Below are positions 54,301 through 64,000 of a DNA stretch of 64,000 bases, piece by piece. Under the pieces are notes generated by a model. It searched no databases. It was not told the DNA's origin and saw only the letters and a program-made list of their open reading frames with translations. The stretch comes from Lingula anatina (Eukaryota; Animalia; Brachiopoda): positions 23,092,934 through 23,156,933 of the forward strand of contig CM120645.1 in assembly GCA_051362555.1 (NCBI GenBank), read 5' to 3'. The translations under genes and the position numbers were made by a program. Numbering within the stretch: the first letter of the stretch is position 1; each line of letters starts with the position of its first letter.

Positions 54301-55889
54301 CAAGGTACAGAGAAGGTGGGTTGGATACTTACATCTAGGTATAGAGAGGGTGGGTGTGGATACTTACATCTAGGTATAGAGAGGGTGGGTGTGGATACTT
54401 ACATCTAGGTATAGAGAAGGTGGGTGTGGATACTTACATCTAGGTACAGAGAAGGTGGGTGTGGATACTTACATCTAGGTACAGAGAAGGTGGGTGTGGA
54501 TACTTACATCTAGGTATAGAGAGGGTGGGTGTGGATACTTACATCTAGGTATAGAGAAGGTGGGTGTGGATACTTACATCTAGGTATAGAGAGGGTGGGT
54601 GTGGATACTTACATGTAGGTACAGAAAGGGTGGGTGTGGATACTTACATCTAGGTATAGAGAAAGTGGGTGTGGATACTTACATCTAGGTATAGAGAGGG
54701 TGGGTGAGGATCTATCCCAAACTCAGCATTGATTGCTTCCAACTTTTCTTTGGTCAGTCTGATCAAATTCTGAATGTTGCGAATCTGTAATGGAAATAAA
54801 AATGCAGATTACCACCAGATCAAATGTAAAATGTTCATATACTCTCTCATCCCTAATACCTATCACTACTGTCTGATATGATTAAATAAATGTCTAATGA
54901 TATTCAAAGCATACCTAAAAGGGACTTCTTTTAAATCCATCTGAATGGCACAAAATGCACATTTGAAACCTGACACAGGGTATGAGACTGTAAACTTGTA
55001 TCGACACCAATGACAGCCAGAGAACCATGGCATAGGGCACACAGGAGTAAAAGTGCAAAGCTGATAATTCTACACATTCATGTGCATAGTATGTATTATT
55101 TAGAACATTCCTATTGTTTACAATTGTTTTTTTTTATTGTTAATGGGGCAGACAGAAGACCTGCACCTTTTGAATACTGTCTTGTTGGCAAATCTGAAAA
55201 TGACATTTCAGATCAGAGAGTTAAATAAATGGGGCATTTTATCTGACATACTAGTAAGTCAGTGGAATACTCAGAATGCAGAGGATTTCATTAAATGTAA
55301 GGATGTGACCCAAGTTTTCTGGGCCACTATGATATTATAATCATAAGCAAGACCAGTCTTTTGTATTTAAACATACGATAAATAAAAGAGCTATAGAAGC
55401 TTAGTAAAGATAAGCATCACAATAAGATCCCAGTTTTGAAAAACGAGTAATACCACAACAATAATAACAATAAATTAAATATAAATAGGGCTTGGGTTTG
55501 CAGCATCTTGAATTTTCAAAATGCACAGATTTTATGGCATTGTCGCGAAAATCAAAAACATCTTGACAGCAATACCAAGAAGACATCAGGATCATGAGTA
55601 GCTTGCGCAGTAAGTAAGACAGAGACCCGCACTCTATCAGCTCGAACCTTTTTCTAATGTCATTCATTTGAGGATTGCAATTTTACCTTGACGTCTAACA
55701 AGACGAGTCTCATTAGTGAAATTACCTTCAAACAGAAGTTGCTACAGCTAACAAAAATTAAACTATTGACGAGCACATTACCTCCTCTTGCTTTGAAGTT
55801 GTCTCAAAGATGTCCTGGCCATTTTCACTGCCGCCAATAGTGAACTTAGGCATATCTCCATTGTAAGCTCCCTGCTTTACGGCAGCCAT
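39700..55889 (-). CDS. BRAF: RAF serine/threonine kinase, B-Raf type (BRS, RBD, C1, CR2, kinase), about 747 aa (782 with cassette exon)
   Basis: Exons 55889-55782, 54784-54683, 53555-53298, 52803-52700, 52313-52208, 51839-51751, 51523-51401, 49824-49656 (or 48903-48783), 46821-46788, [45995-45891], 43577-43429, 43168-42972, 42513-42337, 41861-41815, 41392-41274, 40731-40600, 40222-40088 and 39894-39700; phases all consistent. Motifs [10 protein letters not shown] (BRS), [72 protein letters not shown]. Confidence 0.97.
41393..41814 (-). other. U12-type (minor spliceosome) GT-AG intron of RAF
   Basis: 5' end GTATCCTT (41814-41807); branch site TCCTTAAC (41412-41405) about 12 nt before CAG; no polypyrimidine tract; splits HRDLKTN-N-IFL. 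Confidence 0.92.
42287..42321. repeat. (ATT)n microsatellite
   Basis: Visible triplet run. Confidence 0.9.
42788..42953. mobile_element. Degenerate MITE in a RAF intron
   Basis: GGGCTGTTCACGAAAAATTTAT versus the reverse complement of ATAAATTCACTGTGAATGGACCC; inner arms GGACTCTCACTGAATACAA / TTGTATTCAGCAGGAGTCC. Confidence 0.55.
43228..43431 (-). repeat. 29-bp tandem array reiterating the RAF exon 10 5' splice site
   Basis: (C/A)TG|GTGAGT donors at 43428, 43399, 43370, 43341, 43312 and 43283 (exact 29-bp period), plus decayed copies near 43255 and 43235. Confidence 0.9.
44381..44531. mobile_element. Short CAGGG(T/C)TG MITE-like element
   Basis: CAGGGCTGTCAGCA versus the reverse complement of TGCTGGCAACCCTG. 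Confidence 0.45.
44925..45060. repeat. 22-bp minisatellite (GTGTTGGATGTGACACTTGATT), about 6 degenerate copies
   Basis: Visible periodicity in a RAF intron. Confidence 0.8.
45891..45995 (-). CDS. Putative symmetric (phase 1-1) cassette exon of RAF, 35 aa
   Basis: TTTTCAG acceptor, GTATAG donor, 105 nt open frame [35 protein letters not shown]. Confidence 0.6.
48783..48903 (-). CDS. Alternative RAF CR2 exon
   Basis: TTTCTATAG acceptor, GTACGT donor, phase 2 to 0, encodes [40 protein letters not shown]. Confidence 0.85.
52938..53114. mobile_element. MITE in a RAF intron
   Basis: Inverted termini CTGGGGTAGCGCTAGCA ... TGCTAGTGCTACTCCAG; internal TTAGCCAA/TTGGCTAA subrepeats. Confidence 0.55.
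53712..54712 (-). repeat. 35-bp tandem array (28 copies) spanning the RAF exon 2 end and its 5' splice site
   Basis: Unit on minus strand CACCCACCCTCTCTATACCTAGAT|GTAAGTATCCA; first donor 54682, last 53738 (944 bp = 27 x 35 - 1). Confidence 0.97.
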
Positions 55890-58800
55890 AATGGGATGTT
55901 AGAAGCAACTCACGAGAAATCTCTTCAGTTCACGAGATCTGTCATATGACTGGACACCAGGTGTCTCTGATTGTGCTGATAATCCAGATAAAAGATTTCA
56001 TTGTTTAAAGTATATTTAGAGCAGCAATGGGCTTCCGCAGACTTGATTTAAATTCGAACTGCTATTGTCAGTAGCAACAGATTCAGGTTCGACTCATTCG
56101 ACCTACTACGGTGAGGTGCGGTGAGAGTCGAGAGCTTTTTCAGGGATAAGCTGCCTTTCAGAGATGTTCCCGCTCAGACCTCAATGGGCCGTGGCAGGCT
56201 AGTTATATAACGTGTTTACGCAACAAAAGAAAAAAAATGATAAGCATTAAAAGCGTACCTCAGCGTCATTTTAGCACATTCATCGTATACCTGGCGTGTA
56301 CTTTATGTTTGTACCTACACCAACGTTTACCTGCATGCGTAATATTATGAAAGGTATATGCCGTAATTCTAAAAAAAAAAAAAAAAAAAAAAAACTTTCG
56401 CTTGTCTGCGTATGTGTAGACCTAATTTTTTCCATACGTTTGGTTGGCGCTACCACTGATTCTCGATATATAGGTCCAGGGGTGGATCCAGGATTATTTG
56501 AAGGGGGGTTCCGCGGATGCGAAGCCGACCCTTCTGACACCCCCTGCATAACCCTCCCCCACTCTCCCCCCCCCCCCCCCCCCCCCCCCCCACATACGAA
56601 ACTGAGGTCCATTTGAAGAAAATAGAAGTGTGAAAAGTAAAGTTAAAAGATATTTGCAAATTATACTTCTTTTAAAACTATGGTGGCAGAAAGTGATAAA
56701 TATAGCATGACATGAAAACCTTTTCCGATTCATGCCGGGCGAAAACGCAAAAGGAGCCGCAAGCTATTTTTTTGCGCTATTTAAAATAAACATTCGAGAA
56801 ATTTTCTAAGATTTTAGACATCATACTCACTTTCTGACATGTTGCAAAGTTTCTACTTGAATAAAAATAAACTAGATCGATTGGTGAATGTGAGATGATG
56901 CTGCCAGCGACAGTAACGAAGGTTTAAAGTTTAGTCCATTTGCGCGTTTTGTGTCAGAACAGATATCTAGCAGTTATTTTTTTCAGTGATTTAAGTTGCT
57001 AGGCAGATGTAAGTAAAGTTCTACGTGGACAAACAATTTTTCCAATCGCATACTTTTGATAAGATTTAATAAAATGTTAAATGGACCCATATATCGAGAA
57101 TCAATAATGTTTGCGCTATAGTGAGACAGGGCCAAGGACATTTGCAATTCATTGTAGGTGGCACGCAAAATGTCATGTGTTACCGTACTTACAACGTTTT
57201 GTTTCTTAATATTTTCTAGAATCTATGCATTTGAACGCACACATATTCTGGTAATTAAAAAAACTGGGGTTCACAAAAGTTTTGATTCTCGGGGTTCGGT
57301 CACACCAGGGCCAAATTTTAATAACTTTGAAAATTGATCCAATTGATTGTTTTTTGAAAAAAACAAGACCCGTAATTCAGATTTCCGAAATGATGATGGT
57401 AGACTGCCAAGATAGCATGGTTTGTGCCTGTCAAAAGTACAACTGTTCTTAGACATGCCACCCAGTTTCTTCCGGAAGTTTTTGCAAACGAATTGTTATC
57501 TTGGGATATTAATTTCAAATGCATCTTTGTTTTCTGTTCGTTCCGTTTCAATCAAAAATGGGTTCAAAGCGTGTGCAAGACAGTGTATTGGAATTTTTTT
57601 TACACATATCAACATTACCTACATCTTCGGTTGATGCCAGTATCGACGCTTTTTCTGATCGTGTACACTTTTTTGGTGGCAAAGCCACATCTAAAACGAA
57701 TTTGGGGCGTTAAGATATTTTTCTTCGTCATTTTTCTAGATCACAAATTTAATTACTTTGTCTTTCGCAACATATTTCCTTGCATGATAACATATTTGAA
57801 TATATTTATATATATTTTAAACAACGAATGTTGTTGAAATGTTTTGAGCAAGAAGAATTTAAAACACAAAAATTACAAAACGCTTTATTTGACACAAAAA
57901 TAGCCTGTCTTCTTTTATAATTTACTGTTATGGGTAACATTAAACTTTGGCATAAAGATACACTCTCATAAATACAAACAAATCTAATCTCTCCATCCTT
58001 TTCAGAAAATGTAACAACTTTTTTTTCAATTTTTCAATTGCACCCGTTTAAACGTTACGTAATATATTATAGGATCACAATGAACTATATGCAGCACGGA
58101 ATACAAAGTATTATCATTATAAGGTAATGAAGTTTACAAAGTAACTATATATATATCGAGTTATTTTGCACTGAACAACTCGAGATGTAAGATGTATAAC
58201 ATATGAACGTAACTTCTATCTGTGCGTCTGAAAGCACCAACCGGTATAAACTAGCCTGATTGTTCCTACCCTCTACCAGGGCGACAGATTGATATTTCAA
58301 AGATATTCACAGATACGTCTCTAGATAAATAGACAGTCATTTTGGTCTGATGTCGATTGAGCAAAAAATGTCCACAAAAATAAATGAGAGACCCTGGTAG
58401 GAGGTAGATTGTTCCCAGGCTTTGCAATGTGTACATACATATTCTGTTCACTTTCACGCTTCACTACGTTTACCCGTCTTTCAACGTGTCATTGGCACAA
58501 TAAACAACATAAACTACACTGTATATATATCTAAAAATTACACTGAATTGTCTATTATATTTGTTTATGAAATTAAGCAAAAAAAAAATTGTTGAGATAA
58601 GTTCTGTGTCGATATGAAAACTTGTGAAAAGACAGCTCAATACTACTGTAAAAAAAGTTACATTTTTAAACCTATTAACGGACATGCAATGTAGTCTTGG
58701 CCTAACTGACGGCATTGTGCCTCCCTTTCGTAAACTACAGCCGGTCTTCTGAAGAAAGTCGTCAAATAGACTAAATCGCTAGCTCCTAAATGGATTGAAA

Positions 58801-59354
58801 TTAAGTAAAATACGACTAGATGCAAAATCTTAGTTTCTATGAAGCTTAATTAAAATTAAGCGGAAGGCTCTTGAGTAGAGCTGAAAATTTGCCGGTATAA
58901 AAGCATTGTCTGTGATACTATTAATTCAACAATTCATGTATATATACCAGACTAATGAACTTTTTAAAGAGCTTAATTAAATTTCAAAGTTGAGCTCGGG
59001 ATAAATTACCATTTGCCCTGTACAGGCCTACCATTACAGGCGATAAGTACAAAAAAATGTATGTGCACAGGTCGCCGACGTGATCAAACCGCTTAATTTA
59101 TACACTTTGCACTATTTGTTAACTGCCTTTTTCATATTCTTTAAATCAGCCCGATATGAAAACTTCACATACAGAATCAATCCCAATGCTTTCTGTTTCC
59201 GACAGATTAAGAGAAATAATTAATAACACATTACATACTTTTTGGTAAAAGGTATACATCATTGATACAAACAAGAAACTGCAACTGTTTTGATAAAGAA
59301 GAAATATTCACTGTTGCCATTTGTCAAATAACAAAACGAACAATCAACTAAATA

Positions 59355-61015
59355 CAGACTTGACATTTAATATGGAATATTTCAGTTTCAAAGGTATGCC
59401 TAGGTAAAAATGCTTTCTTTTTCCATAAAACTCAGATCTCATATAAGATATCTGACTGGAGAAGTGTGAAGTCAGGTGTGTTGCTACCAATTAACTGAGT
59501 ACCAAGTCTGTTGCACCGCTGCATTGTGTAATATGCAGTGATTTAATTGGGTAGTGCTTCTTTGGGCTGGTCAAAGCTTGGCTTTGGCGAAGCATGGTTC
59601 TGTCAAAAAAGTATCCATATGTCGGCAACTACTGCATAGATGAATTTGAAATTTTGCATGCAAGTGGTCGGTTTTGCAGCGCGTAAAATGAGTTAAACAA
59701 TGTTTTACAAAATTGTTAATCTGTGCCAGAATGGCGCGAAAAAAACAGACATTGCCAGACAGATTATTGTGTCAAACGGAATAGTCTGCACAGTTTTATG
59801 GAGTTATGCCCAGACTGATGTACCTACACAGAGACCACGCCCAATGTATCGACATCTTACCACCAGGGCACAGGACTCGCTGTCCTTCAGGGTATGCTGC
59901 TGCAACTAAACAAAACCCACCCAGTCCGTTCAGAATAAGGGGCAAATTGTGACCAAAACGCGTTTTTCAAGGCTCTTAGCCAATACCAGACTGGTGTTAG
60001 CAGGTTAGGATACCAAACGACCTCTGAGGAAGCCACTGTAAACAGCAAAATAGCGTCATCTGTTTCTCTAATGAATTGAGGACCATGACCGTTTCTGGGT
60101 AGAACACTGAAACCGCGTGACTTTCTTTATTGAGGTCAGATCTCACCTGTACCGCTTAACTGGTCAAAACAGAGTTTACAGACATCCTGAAAAGGCCTAC
60201 GACAAGGCGTGTGCCGCTTCTAAAGTGACTAGGGTCATTGAAAGCGTCAGAATTTGGAGTGAATACCACATTGGTGCCAAAACACCAATGGTAGTCATTG
60301 ATGAAACCCTAAACCAGATGAAATAAAGGAATAATCTGGGAACCATTTGACTATTATTTGATAGGGGGCACCTTAGGAACAATTTTAGGTTGAACGATGA
60401 GATTGCCCACTCACACAGGACACTTTTAATAGCAGATGACTTACAGAGCCACGTGATTGAGCAGATACATTGGTCACCAAAATCGCCATATTTGAACCAC
60501 ACAGACAATACGTGAGTAGGTCATTACTCTCCGAATCAACGGTGTGCATGTCCTACAACAAAACTGAACCAAATTGGACATGTTTTGACCGTTGCCTGGA
60601 ATTTTTTTCCAGATTAAACTCTAAAAACCTATCATAAGGAATGCCTTGCCGCTTGAAAGCTCTGGTAGCAGCCAGATGACGTCAGGTGTAACAGCGACCG
60701 TTGCTGTGACAAGACAATGGCATGAGGGTCCTTTGTGGGGTGTATAACTCTGTCACAGACGATAATTTGGCAAATATGGAGCTCCAAAATATCGCTTTCA
60801 ATGGTTGTCGTAAGACTTAAAATAGGCAATGCATTTTTGTTTGCTTCACTGGCGAATTCAATTAATGAACTGATGTCACAATGACATCAAAGAGATAAAT
60901 AAAAGTTATTAAAACACGATTTTAATCCTTATTTTCATTTATCAGTCAGCAAAATAGGAAAAAACTGATGAAAAATAATTTGCAAAAAAATATTCCATAT
61001 TAAATGTCAAGTCTG
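59355..61015 (+). mobile_element. Tc1/mariner DNA transposon, transposase pseudogenized
   Basis: Identical 28-bp TIRs CAGACTTGACATTTAATATGGAATATTT, TA TSD, 1661 bp. Transposase remnants at about 59640-60690: HTH (GAKKTDIARQI...RPR), VTFFIEVR (cf. V.FSDES), IEQIHWSPKSPYLNHTD (cf. WP..SPDLNPIE), with many stops and frameshifts. Confidence 0.9.
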
Positions 61016-62644
61016 TATTTTGAGAAGTTGAGAACCAATCTCAAAGAACAGTAATAATAATGCTTATTAGTTAATTATTACACTCAAACGCAAATTAATA
61101 ATTTTCCTCAAAAATTTTATGTAAATAATAATTGAAATGCTGATTCATTTGAATTTTCGTTTGAAAACTTTGTTGGCCTAGCGTCATAAAAGACATTGTT
61201 GTGCGTGTCTAAAAATGAAAAATCTTGAAAAAGTTATTCAACTGAAAAAGTGAGACATTTGAACATTTTAAATAAATGCCACGTCTTTAAAAAAGACTAT
61301 TGAGTTAAATTTTTTTTCAATTAACAAATGGAAAGAATTGTACAGTTACGTTTTGGAATATCACATTCGTCTTTTTTTGTAACTTATAGCACCATTGAAG
61401 ATAGAACTAATCGCTTATGCTACTTTAAGCTTTGTCAAATATACAGATTCAGGGATCGTTGTTCAAAACATTTAAAGAGACAAAACGTAAGATTTTATAT
61501 TAACACAAGTATATAAACCTCTAGCTTCTTGTAGACATTATCTGAGGTATTAAGTAATGCTATCACCCCCTGACAAACCTTGCCACATACATGTGCGTCT
61601 TAACCATCTTGACACAGTTTTATTATTTTTTATCACATGCAACCTGTAACTGAGGTCGAAAGGATTGCAGAATTTGAAAAAACAACATTACCTTTTTAAT
61701 TTCCCCGCATTGTTACAGAGCTATGGTGAACATCAGGGAGGGTGGATCAAAAGTCGGTTAGTGACATAAAAATAGCCTTTGCCTCAGAAAAATTCATTAA
61801 ATATAATTTTTTGATGAAAAATTATACACTGTGTATTTTCAACAGGAACTGTTCCTATAATCTAATGGACATCTAACATCCAGTTTTGTGGTTTAAATGA
61901 AAAAGAAAGTTCATGCAACACATACCACTGTATAAGAATAAATGCCATAATTAAGTCTTTTAATCATTGTGCAGAAATCCCTGATAACTCATTACACATC
62001 TCAAACATTTAACTTTCAAATTTTTCATCTTAATTCACCAGCTTACCGAGGCCCCATTTCACAAAAGAATTACAGCCCCCAACAATGCTCTTACTGCCTG
62101 TATAAGATATTCTTTACTAGCATTTCAACCCAATAAATTAGTGCATTTGTAGGAGACTATATACATGTGCATGTTAATTGTGCCTGCAGTACTCATGCAA
62201 CCATCGAAGTGATTTCTAACCTGGATACAAATATCTACAACTATCTGTATTTCATCATATTAAAGGTGGTTTGTGCCAAAAATATCAAGCCCATTGGCTC
62301 TTTATACCAAAGGGTAATAATAAATAATGTAATAATCAATTCAGGCAGAGGCAGTGGACAGTAAACAAATAAATTACTAAATTTTACTGGCACAGCTTCT
62401 GTTTTACTATATTTCCGTTGTTGCTACATAATGCAGAAAAATAGCTGCTTGAACAAATCTTGCACTTCCATCATTCTATAATACATAATAATGGGCTGAT
62501 AATAATGAGACTCATAAGTTCAAAGTCTGAAAATAAAAAAAAACAGATTTCTCAGACAGAGAATTAATTGAGCACTGAATTCATTCATTCACACACACAA
62601 TAAACTGACATTAATCCATTCCCAAAATTCCACTCTTCCATTCT

Positions 62645-63482
62645 TCAAAGTCGCACAGACACCGGATTGGTTGAGCAAAGATTCTCATCATTCCTCGGAT
62701 TCCTCACACTGCTAAGATAGAGGGCACCTGTTGTGGCTGGACACATGGGGGAGCCACTGTCCGAATCTTTATCCGTGGAACTGTTCATCAAAGCTTCCTC
62801 TGAACCTCCGTCTGGTTCATTGTCCTCGTCGCCCAAGTACACTGGCAGGGCGGCCATATTGTTTGATGGCTGTATATCCAGGTACTCCTAAGATAATGTA
62901 AAACAATCAGATGATACATGTACATGTATATACCTGGTTCTGTAACCTGGTAAAGAATTTGTTCAGATCAAACACTTTGGCTTGGACTCACTAGATAAAG
63001 TGATGTGTGTGTGTGTGTGTGTGTGTGTGGATCGAGGAAGGGGGCTACCTGCGAGTGGGAGGGGGGTAGCCCCACCTGCTCCAACTTTTTTCATTTCCAT
63101 CATGGACATAATATTATGTCCATGTTTCCATTAGTACTAATTGCAGGTAGTTAAGGGAAATGGCTCAATTATTAAATTCCCACAGACCTGAAATACTGGC
63201 TTTACCAGGTATCCTAACTACTGAATTAATTTTATGCTAAAAATTCTAAAATATAATCATCAGAAAAAAAAACAAAACAAAACAATTGAATTCTTTTTTT
63301 TTTTTGCTAAAAATTCTAAAATATAATCATCAGCAAAGAAAAAAAATCAATTTTAAAGTATCACTAAATTGCCTACTTTGTTAGCCACAAGCTGCAAGAT
63401 TTTGTCAAATTTTTCTGCCAGCTCTTTGAAAGTACACCTCTCAGATGGAACCTCCTTCCAACAGTTCTGCATTATGTTATAT
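62645..63482 (-). CDS. Last two exons of an FGFR/RET-like receptor tyrosine kinase (gene continues beyond the window)
   Basis: Exon 63482-63377 YNIMQNCWKEVPSERCTFKELAEKFDKILQLVANK (kinase subdomain XI) spliced in phase 0 to exon 62887-62645 EYLDIQPS...NPVSVRL*. EYLD(I/L) after this junction resembles the FGFR1 Y766 / RET Y1015 PLC-gamma site. Confidence 0.8.
63004..63029. repeat. (GT)n microsatellite
   Basis: Visible run. Confidence 0.9.
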
Positions 63483-64000
63483 CTGAAAAAAAATGTCACC
63501 AATTGTAATGCATTTGATGTTGTCTGATATGTAGGGTCCATAATGTAGGAGGGGGGAAAGGTTAAGAGGGTGAGAAAGAACCTCCCTTTTGGCTGGGAAA
63601 AAAGTCTGCTCTAAATCAAAATTTGATTTGTGTTTTATCCCTTAACTGAGATTGGTTCCTCTATGTCAGGGAGTAAAAAGTGATACAAACGGATTCCAGT
63701 CCGTTCTTATTATCCAACATAATTCAAGATACATGTAATGAGCCAGGTAAGTTAAGAAGAAAACCCACAATTAATTAATATTCTGGCTTTTGCAAAATAA
63801 TCAAAGAGTTTTGGATGTTTCATGTTATGTTATCACATATGTGCTTGGTTTTATTTCAGAACAACAGTTTTAATTCAAAGTTACAATTATTATGTAAATT
63901 GATAAAAACAGTAAACTGTTCGGATTTTGCCAAATCATTCTGCAATTTCTCTTTTTTTCTGTTTGTCTTTTGTAAATGCCCAATTTTATTAAGCACCAAT

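Noticed and set aside
53712-54712. CRISPR-like appearance of the regular 35-bp repeats (also 8901-9154)
   Set aside because: Units are head-to-tail with no unique spacers, there are no cas genes, and the context is a eukaryotic intron.
56248-58051. Possible Kolobok-like element bounded by TTAA
   Set aside because: The right end (GCACCCGTTTAA) is suggestive but I could not find a convincing matching left TIR.
63236-63333. 28-bp duplication GCTAAAAATTCTAAAATATAATCATCAG near the RTK donor
   Set aside because: Purely intronic, does not include the splice site, and only two copies.

Overview
AT-rich invertebrate (probably lophotrochozoan/mollusc-like; inferred, not proven) nuclear DNA with compact spliceosomal genes, which I reconstructed exon by exon with phase checks. 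Genes: MRPS25 (minus, 4 exons, 172 aa) head-to-head with a greatly enlarged ARMC10-like gene (plus, 7 coding exons, about 1003 aa); tRNA-Gly(GCC); a whirlin/PDZD7-family HHD-PDZ-PDZ gene (plus, about 986 aa) convergent with a complete B-Raf-type RAF kinase (minus, about 747-782 aa); and the last two exons of an FGFR/RET-like receptor tyrosine kinase at the right edge. Mobile DNA: a decayed Tc1/mariner element with perfect TIRs, several MITEs and a LINE endonuclease relic. The most striking pattern is three unrelated tandem arrays whose repeat unit straddles an authentic exon/intron boundary and so multiplies the 5' splice site: MRPS25 exon 2 (6 x 42 bp), RAF exon 2 (28 x 35 bp) and RAF exon 10 (6 x 29 bp). 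The PDZ gene also has a duplicated 3' splice site. RAF additionally carries two phase-matched, apparently mutually exclusive exons that each encode a CR2 14-3-3 site, and a U12-type intron at the same position as in human BRAF.
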